From: Glaucostegus cemiculus
Taxonomy: Eukaryota
Direction: 5' to 3'
DNA length: 64,000 nucleotides
Assembly: GCA_976551045.1 (NCBI GenBank)
Contig: CDPCPM010000011.1
Span: 11,532,001-11,596,000 of the forward strand
The notes beneath the pieces were generated by a model. It was not told where the DNA came from. It was given only the letters and a program-made list of their open reading frames with translations, and made no database searches. Below, piece by piece: positions 1 through 12,410 of the stretch. Position numbers and translations under genes: made by a program. The stretch's first letter is position 1. Each line of letters begins with the position of its first letter.

Positions 1-119
1 GATCTCCTCTCATGCTTCTAGACTCTAAACAACCCAGGTCTAGTCAACTCAATCTCTCCTCATACAGAAAACTTGTCAATACAACCAGTTTGGTGAATCT
101 CCACCTGACATAATGTGCA

Positions 120-936
120 CAATATAATGTGAAAAAGGGTGAGTTAACAAAGTAGAAAAATGTAGAAAGAATTTTTTTGAAATGCTGAAATAATATAACT
201 GTAAGTGCTTAGTGGGACAAGGGTGTCTTTGTACATGAATCACTGAAAGATAACGTGGAGGTATACCATGCAATGAAAAAAGGAAAAGTTGTGTTAGCCT
301 TTATTGCATTGGATTTGAGAGGAAATGTAAAGATAGCTTGCTGGAATTATATAAGGTGTGGGTGAGACTACATCAGGAATATTGCATACATGTTTGATCT
401 CTCTAACTAAGGAACAATGTACGTGGAATAGTAGGAGTGCAACAAAAATTAGTTCACCAGATCAATTCTTGGGATTAAAGAGTTGTCCTATGAGGAGATT
501 AAACAGATTGTGTGTATACTCTCTTGAGTTTAAAAGAATGAACGGTGATCTCATCAAAACTTATACAATTCATGTGACGTTTTGACTGAGTTCCTGTATG
601 GATGATGTTTTCCCTAATTTATGTGGCCAAAATCAAGGGCCACTGTCTTGAAATAAGGAGTTGACCATTTAGGGCTTAGATGAGAGGACTTTTTTTCCAT
701 CTGGAGGTAGTGAATGTTCCGAATTATGTAGCCAAGTGAGCTGTGGAGATTCAATCTCAGAATATATTCAATACAAGAGATTTTTGGATATTGAGGGAAT
801 CAAAGAATATGATGTTGGTGCAAGAGAATGGAATAATGGTGAGATCAGCTAGGATCTTTTTGAATGCTGGAACAGACACAAAGGGCTGAATGGCCTATAT
901 TTGAAATATTTTCTTGATGCATTTTTTTATGTTCTT
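120..936 (+). mobile_element. Decayed CR1-type LINE, 3' end of ORF2 plus 3' UTR
   Basis: CR1-like motifs: gtgttagcctttattgca, tatgaggagattaaacag...tactctcttgagtttaaaagaatg...gtgatctcatcaaaacttata, and tail aagggctgaatggccta...ttttatgttctt. No intact ORF. Confidence 0.75.
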
Positions 937-1194
937 ACCTAACACAAAGCTGGAATGAATCTACATTTTTGACAAAGCTGTTGGTTAACTGCCTCCCTTG
1001 ATAATGTTTTATAAATTATAATTGTTATTATTGTTGAAACGGAGCAACACACATGGTGGGTTTGTACATCTACCACACGTTTTATTTAACACTCATTGCT
1101 ACAGTGGAGCAACAAGTGGTTGGAAAGGGATGGAAGCACTAACTGTTCCTTTTCACTTTTCTGTGGTTGGGTGTTTGCTTTGAAGAGGAGTATG

Positions 1195-1620
1195 GAAGAT
1201 ATTTAGTAGAATGGTTTCCAGGAATTGCAGTTATATGAATGTATAGCAGAAACTAGAGCATACAAGGCTAAGGGCATATCTGACAGAGCTGCTTCCAATC
1301 ACTTTGTACCACTTACATTGGCTAAAGAAAGATAACCTTTATCAGTGGGTTAAATTTTCCTTAACAGTGAGCTCAGATATAAGTTGATTGGCAAAAGAAC
1401 CAGAGTTGATTTGAATAAATAGATTTTTTATGCAGCAGGTGGCTGGGATTTGGAATATGCTTTCAGATAGGGGAGCTGGATAGAGATTCAACAGTAGCCT
1501 TCAAAATGAATTGGATGAGTAGTTGAAACAGGAAAAAAATGTAGAGATGTGGAAGTCATGGAAATTGGCTAAGTAGCTTGTTCTTCAAAGGAAGCAAGGC
1601 CTGATGGGTTGAATGATTTT
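1195..1620 (+). mobile_element. Highly decayed CR1-type LINE 3' fragment
   Basis: ttttttatgcagcaggtggctgggatttggaat...gattcaacagtagccttcaaaatgaattggatgagtagttgaa...ctgatgggttgaatg follows the order of CR1 3'-end motifs. Confidence 0.6.
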
Positions 1621-2255
1621 AAAATCATGCCGTCCCACATTTCTGTGATTATAATTTGATTGTGATAACAAAGGATACCTTTAGACTTGATGACCAGCCT
1701 CTCATTTACAAATCGGGCAGAGTACTGAAGAGTAATTTGAACCTATGAAACCATGTTGTGATAGGAAGGGGTAAATTGTTTTTGATGTTGAAAACAACCA
1801 TCTCAGTTCTGATTTCTCCTTTATTCTGTCTAATGTTGAAATTTAAAAAAAATGTTTCCAATTAGTTTAGCAACACTGCTTGAAAATTTTGGATGGAACC
1901 TTTGGTCTGACAGGTTGAATAATCTTCATGTGCAATTTTGGAGCCACTAATGCCTGATACTAGAGGTAAAGAGTTTGAGTATTCATTTCAGTGAGAAGAA
2001 GACATAGAATATTAAAAATTATCTATACAAAGGAGACAGGGGCAAAAACCATGGGTATGGACCTTATCTGCATTGGAACTGAATGCTGGGTGCTGGGTTT
2101 AACTGGCAGCCAATGCAATATTGCCCATCCTATTCCATTTCCTTGGAAGAATTTCTACCCCAAGAAGACAAATATGATTTTCAACCACTCAAAATGTACA
2201 CATTCACCATAGAAATTGACATCCCTAAAAGTCAAGTTAAAGACCAGCATGTGCC

Positions 2256-2482
2256 ACTGCCTTGCTAAACCAAAGTACCATGGATTCATCAACAATGAAT
2301 TAAGATTCCTAGCTAACCTGAAATGCAGGTTGTACATTGGTCTGTAGTTCAGTGATGTAAATCTTCACTTCTTCCACTTGATGAGAAATTATAAAACTAA
2401 GGTAGAAAACTACGTGAAGAGCACTTTGCATTTAATATATTTAATTTCCTGTTTAAAGGTCCATTATGGAAGTCACATATTT
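2256..2482. repeat. Left arm of a ~225-bp inverted repeat (partner 6645-6874)
   Basis: Manual alignment: 2261-2382 is the exact reverse complement of 6748-6869 (122 bp). The remainder aligns with ~10 differences. Confidence 0.97.
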
Positions 2483-3084
2483 CAACTATTGAAGAGTTAA
2501 AAGTTATTGAAAAAAAATTATTGAGAATGTAAAAAGTAAAATGGAACTAAAACACTTAGAAATAATTAAAAGCACTTGAATAATGTAACAAAACAATTGG
2601 AAATTAACAAGGATTTACTTTTGATCCTCACAGCCATTCCTCACCATTGAAATGAATAGATATCTGTTTCCCGAGGCAGGTCTAAATTGCCATGGGATAC
2701 TTTAACAGATTGCTCAGCATAAGTGACAGGAGTCAGGACCATCCAGAATTTTGAGCTTCTATGCTGGATTCCATGGGTCAGAAAATAACCATGGAATGAC
2801 TGGTAAACAGCTTATAGCAGGTTTGGGACCTGTGTTAATGCATATTTGTGCAGAGATTCTGACCTTTCTGGTACTTGGAAACTACCAACTGTTCCAACCA
2901 GAATCTTTGTTACTTCCCTGCAAAATATAAACTAATAAGAATGATTTTGAATATGAAATCTGGTTAAGCATTTGTTCCAAATAGAATCAAAGAGTTACAC
3001 ACCAAGTTTGATTTTCAGATGTATTGTTGAAATCCCCTGATTTGAAGTCTATGACCGAGATAAAACCATTCTCGTACTTTCTTG

Positions 3085-3412
3085 CACACAGAAGGAAATC
3101 AATTAGCCTACCAAGTCTATGCTGGCTCTCATACCATTCCTATCAGTCCCATTACCCTAGTTATTTCCCTGTAACCAATTCTCTCACATGTATGTCATCA
3201 ATATCCCCACTCCTGATACTCCTAACACCCACCTAGGCTCGGGATAATTTATAGTGTGGCCAATTAACCTACCAGCATGTCTTTGGGATGTGGGAGGAAA
3301 ACAATGTGGTCATGGGAAGAAAGTGCAGATTCTACATTGACAGCATCTGAGAGCAGGATCAAAGCTGGGTCACTGGAGCTGTGCAGCACCAGCACTACTG
3401 CTGTGCTATTCT
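3085..3412 (-). mobile_element. V-domain (HE1-like) tRNA-derived SINE, decayed
   Basis: ggccaattaacctaccagcatgtctttgggatgtgggaggaaa is the reverse complement of the V-domain. The tRNA-like head remnant is caggatcaaagctgggtcactggagctgtg. Confidence 0.75.
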
Positions 3413-5150
3413 GTCACTCAAAGTGTGAGTAAGGTATATGGAAGTACTGAGCAATGTTAAGGGAGATGTAACATAAAGTGAGCCACAATTCACCTGCTCA
3501 TCTATTTCTGTTCTTGCACTATTATTCAAGACGAGGCCTTTATAGAACAGCTTTGCCCCAGGTTACACATTCTTAGCAGAATTTGAGAGTGTGAATTATT
3601 TGTGGAATGCTATACGCAGTCTCTGACAATTAAGTGATAAGACAGATGTGCGAATCATATCGTTAAGTCATTTGAGTCAACTTTTGTAAATAATCATTGC
3701 ACCCACAAATTACATTTTCAATCAATACTGCATTGCTTGCTCAAACTTTAAATTAAAATGGTCTAAAGAGAAAAGGTATAAGTTTCTCAAATGTAATGCT
3801 TCTCCCAAGTGGAGAATTGTCTATCTGTTCAGACCAAACAAAAAATAGGTTGCATAATTTGAACTGACTGTGTCCTTTTTGTGGCAACTGGACTTCACAA
3901 ATCCAAAGTAAGCTAAAAACAAGAAGTACCTTGTAAAATTCCAACAATTTGTAAGCACTTTCTTCATTACAATTTTACAGCTGTTTCTGCTTTATCGTTT
4001 ACAAGCAGCAAAAAGCTTTTAAGAGCCACACAAGCTCTATTTAGTTGCTTAAAAGGTTAATTGTAAGTCTAAGAATCAGTCTATTGTTGGACATATGTTT
4101 TTAATCAATGGCCTATGTACAGTTTACACTGCCCTGCTTCAAACTCTGTCACCTTGTATTTAGTCTCAGTGGATCTGAGAAAGGCCGGCTGAAAGGTTAC
4201 TAAGGGACAGAAATATTTCCGTCTCCCTTTAATGTCTTCAATATGACCAATGCTCAGTGTTAAGAGAAATTTAATCACCTGCAGCTGAGTGAATGACACT
4301 TTTATTGAACTTCTGGTAAATCTCTACTGTAACATGAGCTAAATGCATCTTAGAGATATCAGTTATGACTCAATGAGCAACAAGTTAAAACTAATTCTTA
4401 TGATCAGATACAAATATGAAAAATATTAGTTGGCTTAAATTGTATAAGTTTCAGCAAAGGCAGTGGTTGGTAAAGTTGTAGCTGGACAATGGATACACAG
4501 GAGCGACACCCCGTTCACATGGCAACATGATATTGGTGATGCTCTCATTACTGTATCTTCCAGCTCAACCTAGTTTCAAGGACAATACCCTAATTTCTGA
4601 GGAATCAGTTGTTGCTTCAATGTATATTGATTTCATTACATACTCTACAAGTATCAACTGGAATTAAATTGTCTTGCTAAAATTGTCAAGCTAAAAGTCT
4701 TGGAAGTCTGAAATAAGTACTAGATCGCCAACATACTTGGTCTACAGAGTGAATATTCTGTACTGATTGTGCTACATCCTATTCAAAAAGAAGAATGAAG
4801 AATTTCATGAACATACCAACCACTATTACAAATTCCTATGTTTTGCTTCAATGTCCTGTATTCTTACAGATCGACAGGAAGGTGATAAATTCATCAGGAG
4901 TGACTTTTGTACCACTTAATCCAAATATAAACAGAGTTGTTATATAACAAACCAAAAATGTAGATGTTGTATTATTTATTAAATGGAATTATCTTCAATG
5001 TATAGCAATGGCTCACAGATATAAGTAGGGTAAGTTCATTTCTGTACAGTTGAATCACAATATAGGTGGTTGAAGTAATAATTGCTTAATAAGAACTCCC
5101 AGTATTACAATAGATGATGTAATAGAGTATGAACATAAACTAATAATATT

Positions 5151-5519
5151 TGTATAGGATTCTCTGGGGATTAAGCATTACCCTTTCCCTGAGTTCAGGC
5201 GAAGCATAAGACAGAGTAGCAGAAATTAAACAGTTTATTTACAATAGTCAGCAGCAATTCTGATTTGTCCTTGAAAGCTAACAACACAGGTACACCACTT
5301 TACAGAGCTACAGTTCAACTGCACAGTTCTGAACTCTGGCCTTACAGATCCCATCGGGCTTCTCCTGTTTTCCTATTCTGCTCAAATCCAGTGGTAGAAA
5401 TCAAACAGTTTATTTAAAATAGTCATCACCAATTCTGAAGACCATTCTTCCACTATGTAATATGTGGCATTTTTCAGAAATAGACCTCAACTGACAAATT
5501 ATTGAGCCCTGATCCTACA
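5151..5519 (-). mobile_element. Possible old solo-LTR-like element with an internal 43-bp direct repeat
   Basis: Starts TGTATAGGAT and ends ATCCTACA (TG...CA, imperfect inverted termini). Repeat 5221-5263 / 5396-5438 (39/43 identical), each copy with AATAAA on the minus strand. No TSD seen. Confidence 0.35.
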
Positions 5520-5804
5520 GCCCACTAGGTTGTCAATATAACAGTAAATATCCATTTATTATCCAAGTGGGACCCTGAGAGACAAGTTGCTTCCTCCACA
5601 TCTCAAACTCATCAACATTGTTGTTGTTGCCCATGCATCACTGAACAATCCATTGTAATTTCCCAAATACACCATAGCACTATTGAAACACACAGTTTCA
5701 ATGTGCTGAGGTAATTACAGCAAGTAGTTTTGCAACAGAAGAATTGACCACTTCACTAGAGATTCAGACATCATACAATGGACACACTAATAATTATGAA
5801 TCTA

Positions 5805-6660
5805 CACTGAAATTTGTGGTGTAGTGGACAGTGAAGAAGGTTATCTAGGTTTACAACAGAATCTAGATGAAATGGGGAAGTGGGCAGATGGAATTTAACT
5901 CAGACAAGTGTGAGGTGTTGCATTTTGTTAAGTTAAACCAGGGTAGGACTTACACAGCAAATGTTAAGGCACTGAGGAGTGTTGTAGAACAGAGAGACCA
6001 ATGGGTACAAGTTCATAGTTCCCTGAAAGTGGCAACACAAGTAGACAGCGTGGTGAAGGAGGCTTTTGGCATGTTTGTCAGGCCATTCAGTACAGGTGCT
6101 GGGACGTCATGTGGCAACTGTACAAGTTATTGGTGAGATCACACTTGGAGTATTGTGTTCAATTCTAGTCGCCCAGCTACAGGAAGGATGTCATTAAGCT
6201 GGAAAGGGTGCAGGAAAGATTCACGAGGATGTTACTGGGACTGGAGTGCTTGAGTTATAGGGAGCGGCTGGATAGGCTGGAACTTTTTTCCACTGGAACA
6301 TAGGTATATAAAATCATGAGGGGTATAGATAAGGTGAATGTTCATAGTCTTTTTCCCAGGGTCGAAGAGTCTGGAACTGGAAGGCTTAGGTTTAAGGTGA
6401 GAGGGGAAAGATTTTAAAGGGACTTGAGGGGAAACTTGTTCACACAGAGAATTGTGGGTATATGGAATAAGCTGCCAGAGAATGGCACAGAGTCAGTTAC
6501 TATTACGGTGTTTAAAAGACATTTAGTCAGGTACATGGATACAAAGGGTTTAGGGGGACAAAGATAAGGAAGCAAGACCAGTTCAGATAGACATTTTGGT
6601 CAGCATGGATAAGTTGGGCTGAAGAGCCTGTTTCTGTACTTTATAAATCTATGACTTCTA
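5805..6660 (+). mobile_element. CR1/HER1-type LINE, 5'-truncated (RT C-terminus plus 3' UTR)
   Basis: ORF 5867-6136 QMEFNSDKCEVLHF...NQGRTYT...LRSVVEQRD..VQVHSSLKVATQVDSVVKEAFGM is CR1 ORF2. 3' motifs include tttaaggtgagaggggaaagatt and gggctgaagagcctgtttctgtact...ctatgact. Confidence 0.92.
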
Positions 6661-6874
6661 TAATGGACCTTTCAACAGGAAATTAAATATATTAAATGCA
6701 AAGTGCTCTTCACTTGTAGGTTTCTACCTTCGTTATATAAATTTCTTATCAAGTGGAAGAAGTGAAGATTTACATCACTGAACTACAGACCAATGTACAA
6801 CCTGCATTTCAGGTTAGCTAGGAATCTTAATTCATTGTTGATGAATCCATGGTACTTTGGTTTAGCAAGACAGT
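6645..6874. repeat. Right arm of the inverted repeat (partner 2256-2482)
   Basis: Reverse complement of 2256-2482. The inner end overlaps the CR1 3' tail. Confidence 0.97.
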
Positions 6875-6894
6875 CGTGTTTCAGGTGTTCCTGA

Positions 6895-7260
6895 GTATTG
6901 GTATTGGTATTGGTTTAATTATTGTCACTTGTACTGAGGTACAGTGAAAAGCTTGTCTTACAAACCGATCGTACAGGTCAATTCATTACACAGTGCAGTT
7001 ACATAGTTAGTACAAAGTGCATTGAAGTAATATAGTATAAACAGTAACAGTACAGAATAAAGTGTCACAGCTACAGAGAAAGTGCAGTGCAATAAGGTGC
7101 AAAGTCATACAAGGTAGAATGTGAGGTCACAGACCATCTCATTGTATAAGGGAACCGTTCAATAGTCTTATCACAGTGGGGAAGAAGCTGTCCTTAAATC
7201 TGGTGGTATGTGCCCTTAGGCTCCTGTATCTTCTACCCGATGGAAGAGGAGAGAAAAGAG
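6895..7260 (-). mobile_element. Rex1/Babar-type LINE 3' end
   Basis: (GTATTG)n tail and 3' hairpin tgtcacttgtactgaggtacagtga. The minus strand encodes the RFKDSFFPTVIRLLN motif of the Rex1 RT C-terminus. Same family as 36511-36800. Confidence 0.85.
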
Positions 7261-8124
7261 ACTGGCATTGGGGAATACATTAGTTTTCAGGGCTAGTTTT
7301 CCAGCTCCCAGGTAAGTAGAAAGAGTCCACAGTTCCTGCTGCCTTATTAACTTGCAGGTACAGTTCAAGCAGCACATGCTCAGACTGACATTGACTCACA
7401 AGTGCTTTGCACACATTTCGTGGAGGTATTGAACTAAACTGGTGGTTGAATGGACAGCAGCTGAAGGTCACAGGAGCTCTAGTAATCTTCAAAACTGAAC
7501 GGCAGTAGAAGATATTTAAATACAAGGGGAATTAGGTGCATTTGAAATTGTTCTACTTGGAACAAAGCGTGTGTCAAAGCCTGAGGTTCCACTCATAGTA
7601 ACAGACAAAAGCAATGACTTCTCAGAGTGAAGCCCAAGTAAAACGGAGGAGGATAATTTGCAAAAGACCTGTTGCCTCGCATCCAATCAATACTTCCTTT
7701 GAACATGGCTTCCCATTTGATATGCTCGGTCAGTGAGTCTATTCCCAACAGTGGCTAAATGCACTTGAGCCTGGATTACAGTTCCATAATCTCCATGATC
7801 TACAAAGCAGTTCAGCACATGGATGTGGTGTCAGTCATAGTGCAAGTGCTGACATGGCATATAATTGTTGGTGAGAGCCCTGATCCAAATATCTCAATCC
7901 CAACCCCTCTGAGAGTCCCACTTGCTGCACACTTTGTTTTCATTTAAAGGTTTTGCCTTGGAGGCTCCACAAGCTGGTTTACTTCTCAGCTCTCTGCTGT
8001 TTGCAAATTTTCACTTTTAGGATGAAGAGCAAAAGTGCTATTTAGCTAATAAAATTGTATTCCTACAGAAAATTCTCATTACTGTCATAAACAGTTGATG
8101 TAATTTACATCCTCCTGTTATTTT

Positions 8125-8512
8125 TACTTCCAGTACTTTCATGTCAATGACCCACATTGACTCCCAGCTAAACAATGCCTTGAATTTAAAATTTGTTTCC
8201 AAATTTCTCTCATGCCTTGCCCCCCCTCCTCTTATCTCTGTAATCTCCTTGATCTTACAACCCTCTGAGACATATGCAGTCCTCAATTCTGACCTCTTGA
8301 ACATGCTTGATCTTAATTGTTCCATCAGTGCCGTTAGGTACCAAGGTGCTAATCTTTAAATGCCCTAGGACTTGGTATCACTCTTTTTGTGTTGAGTGTC
8401 CTTCGTTCTCCCTTTTTGACCAAGATTTTTATTATTTCTTATTGCTTAGCCCAGTGAAATGCCTTGGGGATGTTTTATTATGTTAAAAACACTGCATTTA
8501 TATGAAGTTATT
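8125..8512 (+). mobile_element. L2-type LINE 3' end, decayed
   Basis: Degenerate HWLP..RI.FK...FK.L.GLAPPYL..LLQPY.P.R.LRS region (tgaatttaaaatt...catgccttgcccc...tatctctgtaatctcctt...tacaaccctctgaga) and L2-like tail gtgaaatgccttggggatgttttattatgttaaa. Confidence 0.7.
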
Positions 8513-9149
8513 TCCTTAAATAATGCATCTTTAATATTTCTTTACTTCTGTGCAAGTGTTAGCCATATCTGAAACACTTAATTTCTTCTCCTTGGTTGTC
8601 CTGTGCAGAATTACAGTTGCAATCTTATCTCAACTTTTTGCAAAGTGTTCCTGCATTTATGCCCCAATTTTCATTATACCCAATATTAAATTGTTATGGA
8701 TTGTTAGTCACCTGTCATCCATTGGGCCTTTTAACCATGCTATGACCTGTTAGTTGGCCAAAAATCATCTTATTTCTTCATAATAGAGTCCAACAAGGGC
8801 TCTCAAGTGCAAACTATTGAAATTGGTTTTAAAATAATTGCCACACATTTCTCAAGTCCACTCATTTTGTGTATTTGACAGCAACATTCACAGTTTATGT
8901 TATTTACATCTGGTCCATTAGTTGCTCGAAAAGCATGAAATAGTAACTATTACAAATAGTGTGACTTGATCATTTTCCATTCTCTGCACTGGCAAACTCA
9001 TGTGTAACTGCCCACAGCCAAGTTTCACCACCTGCCATTTTGATTGAGATTGACAATCAATAAAAGGTCATGTAACTCATTCTTCTGAAAACAAGAGTTA
9101 AGAAACACTCTGTGCTTTCGATACATACCATATATTTGTTCGTGTTTGT

Positions 9150-9152
<3 letters not shown>

Positions 9153-9196
<44 letters not shown>
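9153..9196. repeat. (TG)22 microsatellite
   Basis: Perfect TG dinucleotide run read directly. It explains the CVCV/HTHT pseudo-ORFs. Confidence 0.99.
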
Positions 9197-9201
<5 letters not shown>

Positions 9202-10539
9202 TTGTGTAAAAAAACCCTTAGTATTTCTTGTTTTATGTTTCATTATTTTACTCAGCTCCTTCGGTTTTCAACTACATTTTCCCCAGTTAATGCCCATTTT
9301 TATTAAATTACGTGCTATTTCATCTTTGTCTTTCTCATCCTCTTCTGCATGCTTTTCTTTCTTGTAAACTTGCCCCTGAAAAGTTTATGTTCTACTATCG
9401 GTGGTCATGTAAGTTGAGGGACACAATATCTTTGCATGTATCAGGTTTTGTCTGGAAAATGTTGATCTGGGCAACTTCGATAAAGAAACAAATATCCATC
9501 AATGCATAATATTCTTCCAATCAATTTTCAAAAGGTTGAATGTATTTGTAAAGGCAGTGCTCTTCTTATTGGACCTTCATTTTAGCCAATAGAAGAACGT
9601 ACAGAAAGTACACTGCTTTATTTATTGTATGGTAATTGTGTTTAAAAACAACGAACTGAGCACAGAAGTGGCAATCAAAATGAATTCCCCTCTGAAGATG
9701 CCATCCTGTAGCCAGAAGAAAGGAAACCAAATTAAATTCTGCATGTAAAGATTAGCCAGTAAATTCACTATTTGAATAGTATGTCAACATTTCCGTCATG
9801 CTTGATTCCTCTGAATTATGCATGTGCTGGAAAGTCAATTTTCCTGTCCAAATGAATAACAAATCTAAAATGAGTAGTTATGACATGTAAGGACAGGGCA
9901 TGGTAACATTCATTCTAATATTATTATTTTTACTGGGAGCAAGATGTTTTGAACATATGTAAATAATGAATTAATCAAGGTATTGCATCCCATATTTACG
10001 GTTTCTTTTTATTCTGCACAGCTACCTTTCAGAGTAAAACCTGAAGTCAGGAGCTGAGTTATCACTGAGGCAGTGGTATTGTAATCACAATACCGAATGA
10101 GTAATCTAGAGGGCACGATTTATAATCCAGGAAAAACTATTTCAGATCTCAGATTAGGCAGGAATGTGCAGTTAAAATTACAATTAGACAGCCATGATCT
10201 TAAAGAATGATGGAACAGGGTTGAGATGCTGAGCAGCCTAATCCTGCTCCCATTCCACATCTTCGGACCTTTGCTATTTTGTACACCGAGGACAATTTAG
10301 AGAAGTTGTGCTGAAATTGAGAAAGTGGTATTAGGGATAGTCTTTGAAGTGAAAAGGTTTCATCATTTGTTATTAGGCAGACCATTTACATTAGCCACAG
10401 ACTTCAGTCATCATTAACAATATTTGTTCCTAAATCAGCAATACTGAAAAAGACTGCATCAATAATACAAGGCATCAGTACAATATTACACATTGGAATA
10501 TAGAAAATTTCCAGAACAAGGAAATGATAAATGGTGATC

Positions 10540-10930
10540 AAAAATAAGAAAATTGTGAGGCTGTAAATCTAAAATAAAAACAGAAAATGGTGTAAACACT
10601 TAAAAGCTTAGCCAGCATATGCAGAGAGAGAAAGAGGCTACTTTTTCAGGTCAGGTTATCAACCAGAAAGATTAATAAAAGCAGAAACCACTGGAGATAC
10701 TCAGTAGGTCAGGCTGCATGTGTGGGAAGAGAAATGCTTTGACCTGAAAAGTTAGCTCAGTTTCTCATCCACAGATGCAGATTGACCTGTTGAGTATTTC
10801 CAACATTTCCTCTTGTTACTTCAGGCTTCCAACATCTGCAGGTTTTTGCTTTTCCCTGGTTAGAGGGGTTAACTCTGTTTCTCTTGCTGCAGATGCTGCC
10901 TCACTGGCTGAGTACTTCCAGCACTCGGTG
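10540..10930. mobile_element. Nested pair of Penelope-derived fold-back (palindromic) elements
   Basis: Two left arms (aaacagaaaatgg...tttcaggtc; ctggagatactcagtaggtcaggctgcatgtgtgg) followed by two right arms (gacctgaaaagttagc...ccacagatgc...gagtatttccaacattt; gttaactctgtttctc...cagatgctgcc...gagtacttccagca). Confidence 0.7.
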
Positions 10931-11439
10931 TTCCTACCTCAGTTAAAAGGGGTGACAAGAGCTTTCTTAACAAATGAGTTGAGAAAAAAGATTATATAAG
11001 AGGTTCAAAGTAAACATTTTGGAAATGTAAGCATGAAGGCTTGCTTATTAGTTGGAATTAGATATAGATTTCAAGGGGCTGGAAGGTAAGTGCCCAACCT
11101 GTACAGACTGCCGTACCAAGCCAGTGAATTCACTTGTGCAGACTTGGAAATGGTTAATAAAAGCTTTCCAGGAGAACACTTTGATTACTGAGAGAAAGGA
11201 ACTGATAATTTCTTATCAATCAGATTGAGTCCTGTATTACTACACAGTGTGCTATTGAAGATTTGAGATCTATCTTCTCATGTTTATCAGCATAATTAGT
11301 CTCAGATCATGTTTCAAAGTTTTACTTATCACTGTTTGAGCTTTCTATGAAACAAGCACACACTTATTTTGCTAGAAATGAATATTTTTTAAAAAGCAGA
11401 TGCTGGTAATCTGAAATAAAACTAGAAAATGCTGGAAAA

Positions 11440-12410
11440 GGTCTCACAAATCTGCTAGAGTTTTTTGAAGAGTTTACCAAGAGGATTGATGAGAGCAGGG
11501 TGGTGGATGTTGTCTACATGGATTTTAGCAAAGCTTTTGAAAAGGTCCCACAGGGAAGGCTGGTCTGGAAGGTGAGATCACATTGGATCCAGGGAGAGCT
11601 GGCTATGTGAATATATGACTGGCTTGATGGTAGTAAGCAGAGAGTGATGGTAGAAAGTTGTTTTCCTGACTGGAGGTCCATGACTAGTTCAGTGCTGGGC
11701 CCATTGTTTTTTGTCATTTATGTGAATGAGGATGGACAACGCATGGTTTGTAAGTTTGCAGGTGACACTAAAATAGGTGGTATCATAGACACTGAAGAAG
11801 GTTATCAAAAATTACAATGGGATCTTAATCAGATAAGTAAGCAGGTTGGGAAATGACAAATGGCATTCAATCCAGATAAGTGCAAGGTATTGCATTTCAG
11901 GATGTCAAACCAGGGTAGGACTTTCTCAGTGAATGGCAGGGCCCTGGGGAGTGTTGAAAGATGAAGGGACCAAGGGTAACAGCTACGTAGTTCCCTGAAA
12001 GTTGTGTCACAGGTAGACAGAGTGGAATAAAAGATGTTTGGCGTGCTGACCTTCATTAATTAGGACACTGAGTATAGGACATTATGGGACATTATGTTAC
12101 AGTTGTACATGATGTTGGTGAGGTTGCATCTGGACTGTTGTGTACAGTTTTGGTCACCCCAAGATAGGAAAGATGTCATTAAGCTGGAAAGAGTGCAAAA
12201 AAGATTTACAAGAATACTGTCAAGACTCAAGGGACTGAATTATAGGGAGAGGTTGGACAGAGCCTTATAGAGGTATATAAAATCATGAGGGACTTAGATA
12301 GGGTGGATGCACTCAGTCTTTTTCTCAGGGAAAGGGAATCAAGACCTTGGCAGAAATTTAATGTGAGAGGGGAAAGATTTAAAAGGGACCTGAAGAGTAA
12401 CTTCTCACAA
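11440..12410 (+). mobile_element. CR1/HER1-type LINE, RT domain fragment (pseudogenised)
   Basis: Translates to TNLLEFFEE...VDVVYMDFSKAFEKVP.GRL; SVLGPLFFVIYVN...KFAGDTKIGG (decayed FADD catalytic motif). Contains stops and deletions. Confidence 0.93.

Noticed and set aside
2255-6875. CACTA/CMC DNA transposon defined by the inverted repeat (CACTG at the left end)
   Set aside because: The right end reads CAGTC rather than CAGTG, no TSD is visible, and no transposase remnant was found inside. It is kept only as an alternative hypothesis.
9025-9367. Cys/His-rich ORFs (CVCV, HTHT)
   Set aside because: These are translations of the (TG)22 microsatellite.
10075-10094. 8-bp hairpin ggtattgt-aatc-acaatacc as a terminator or RNA element
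   Set aside because: Short enough to occur by chance, and it lies in a decayed SINE head.
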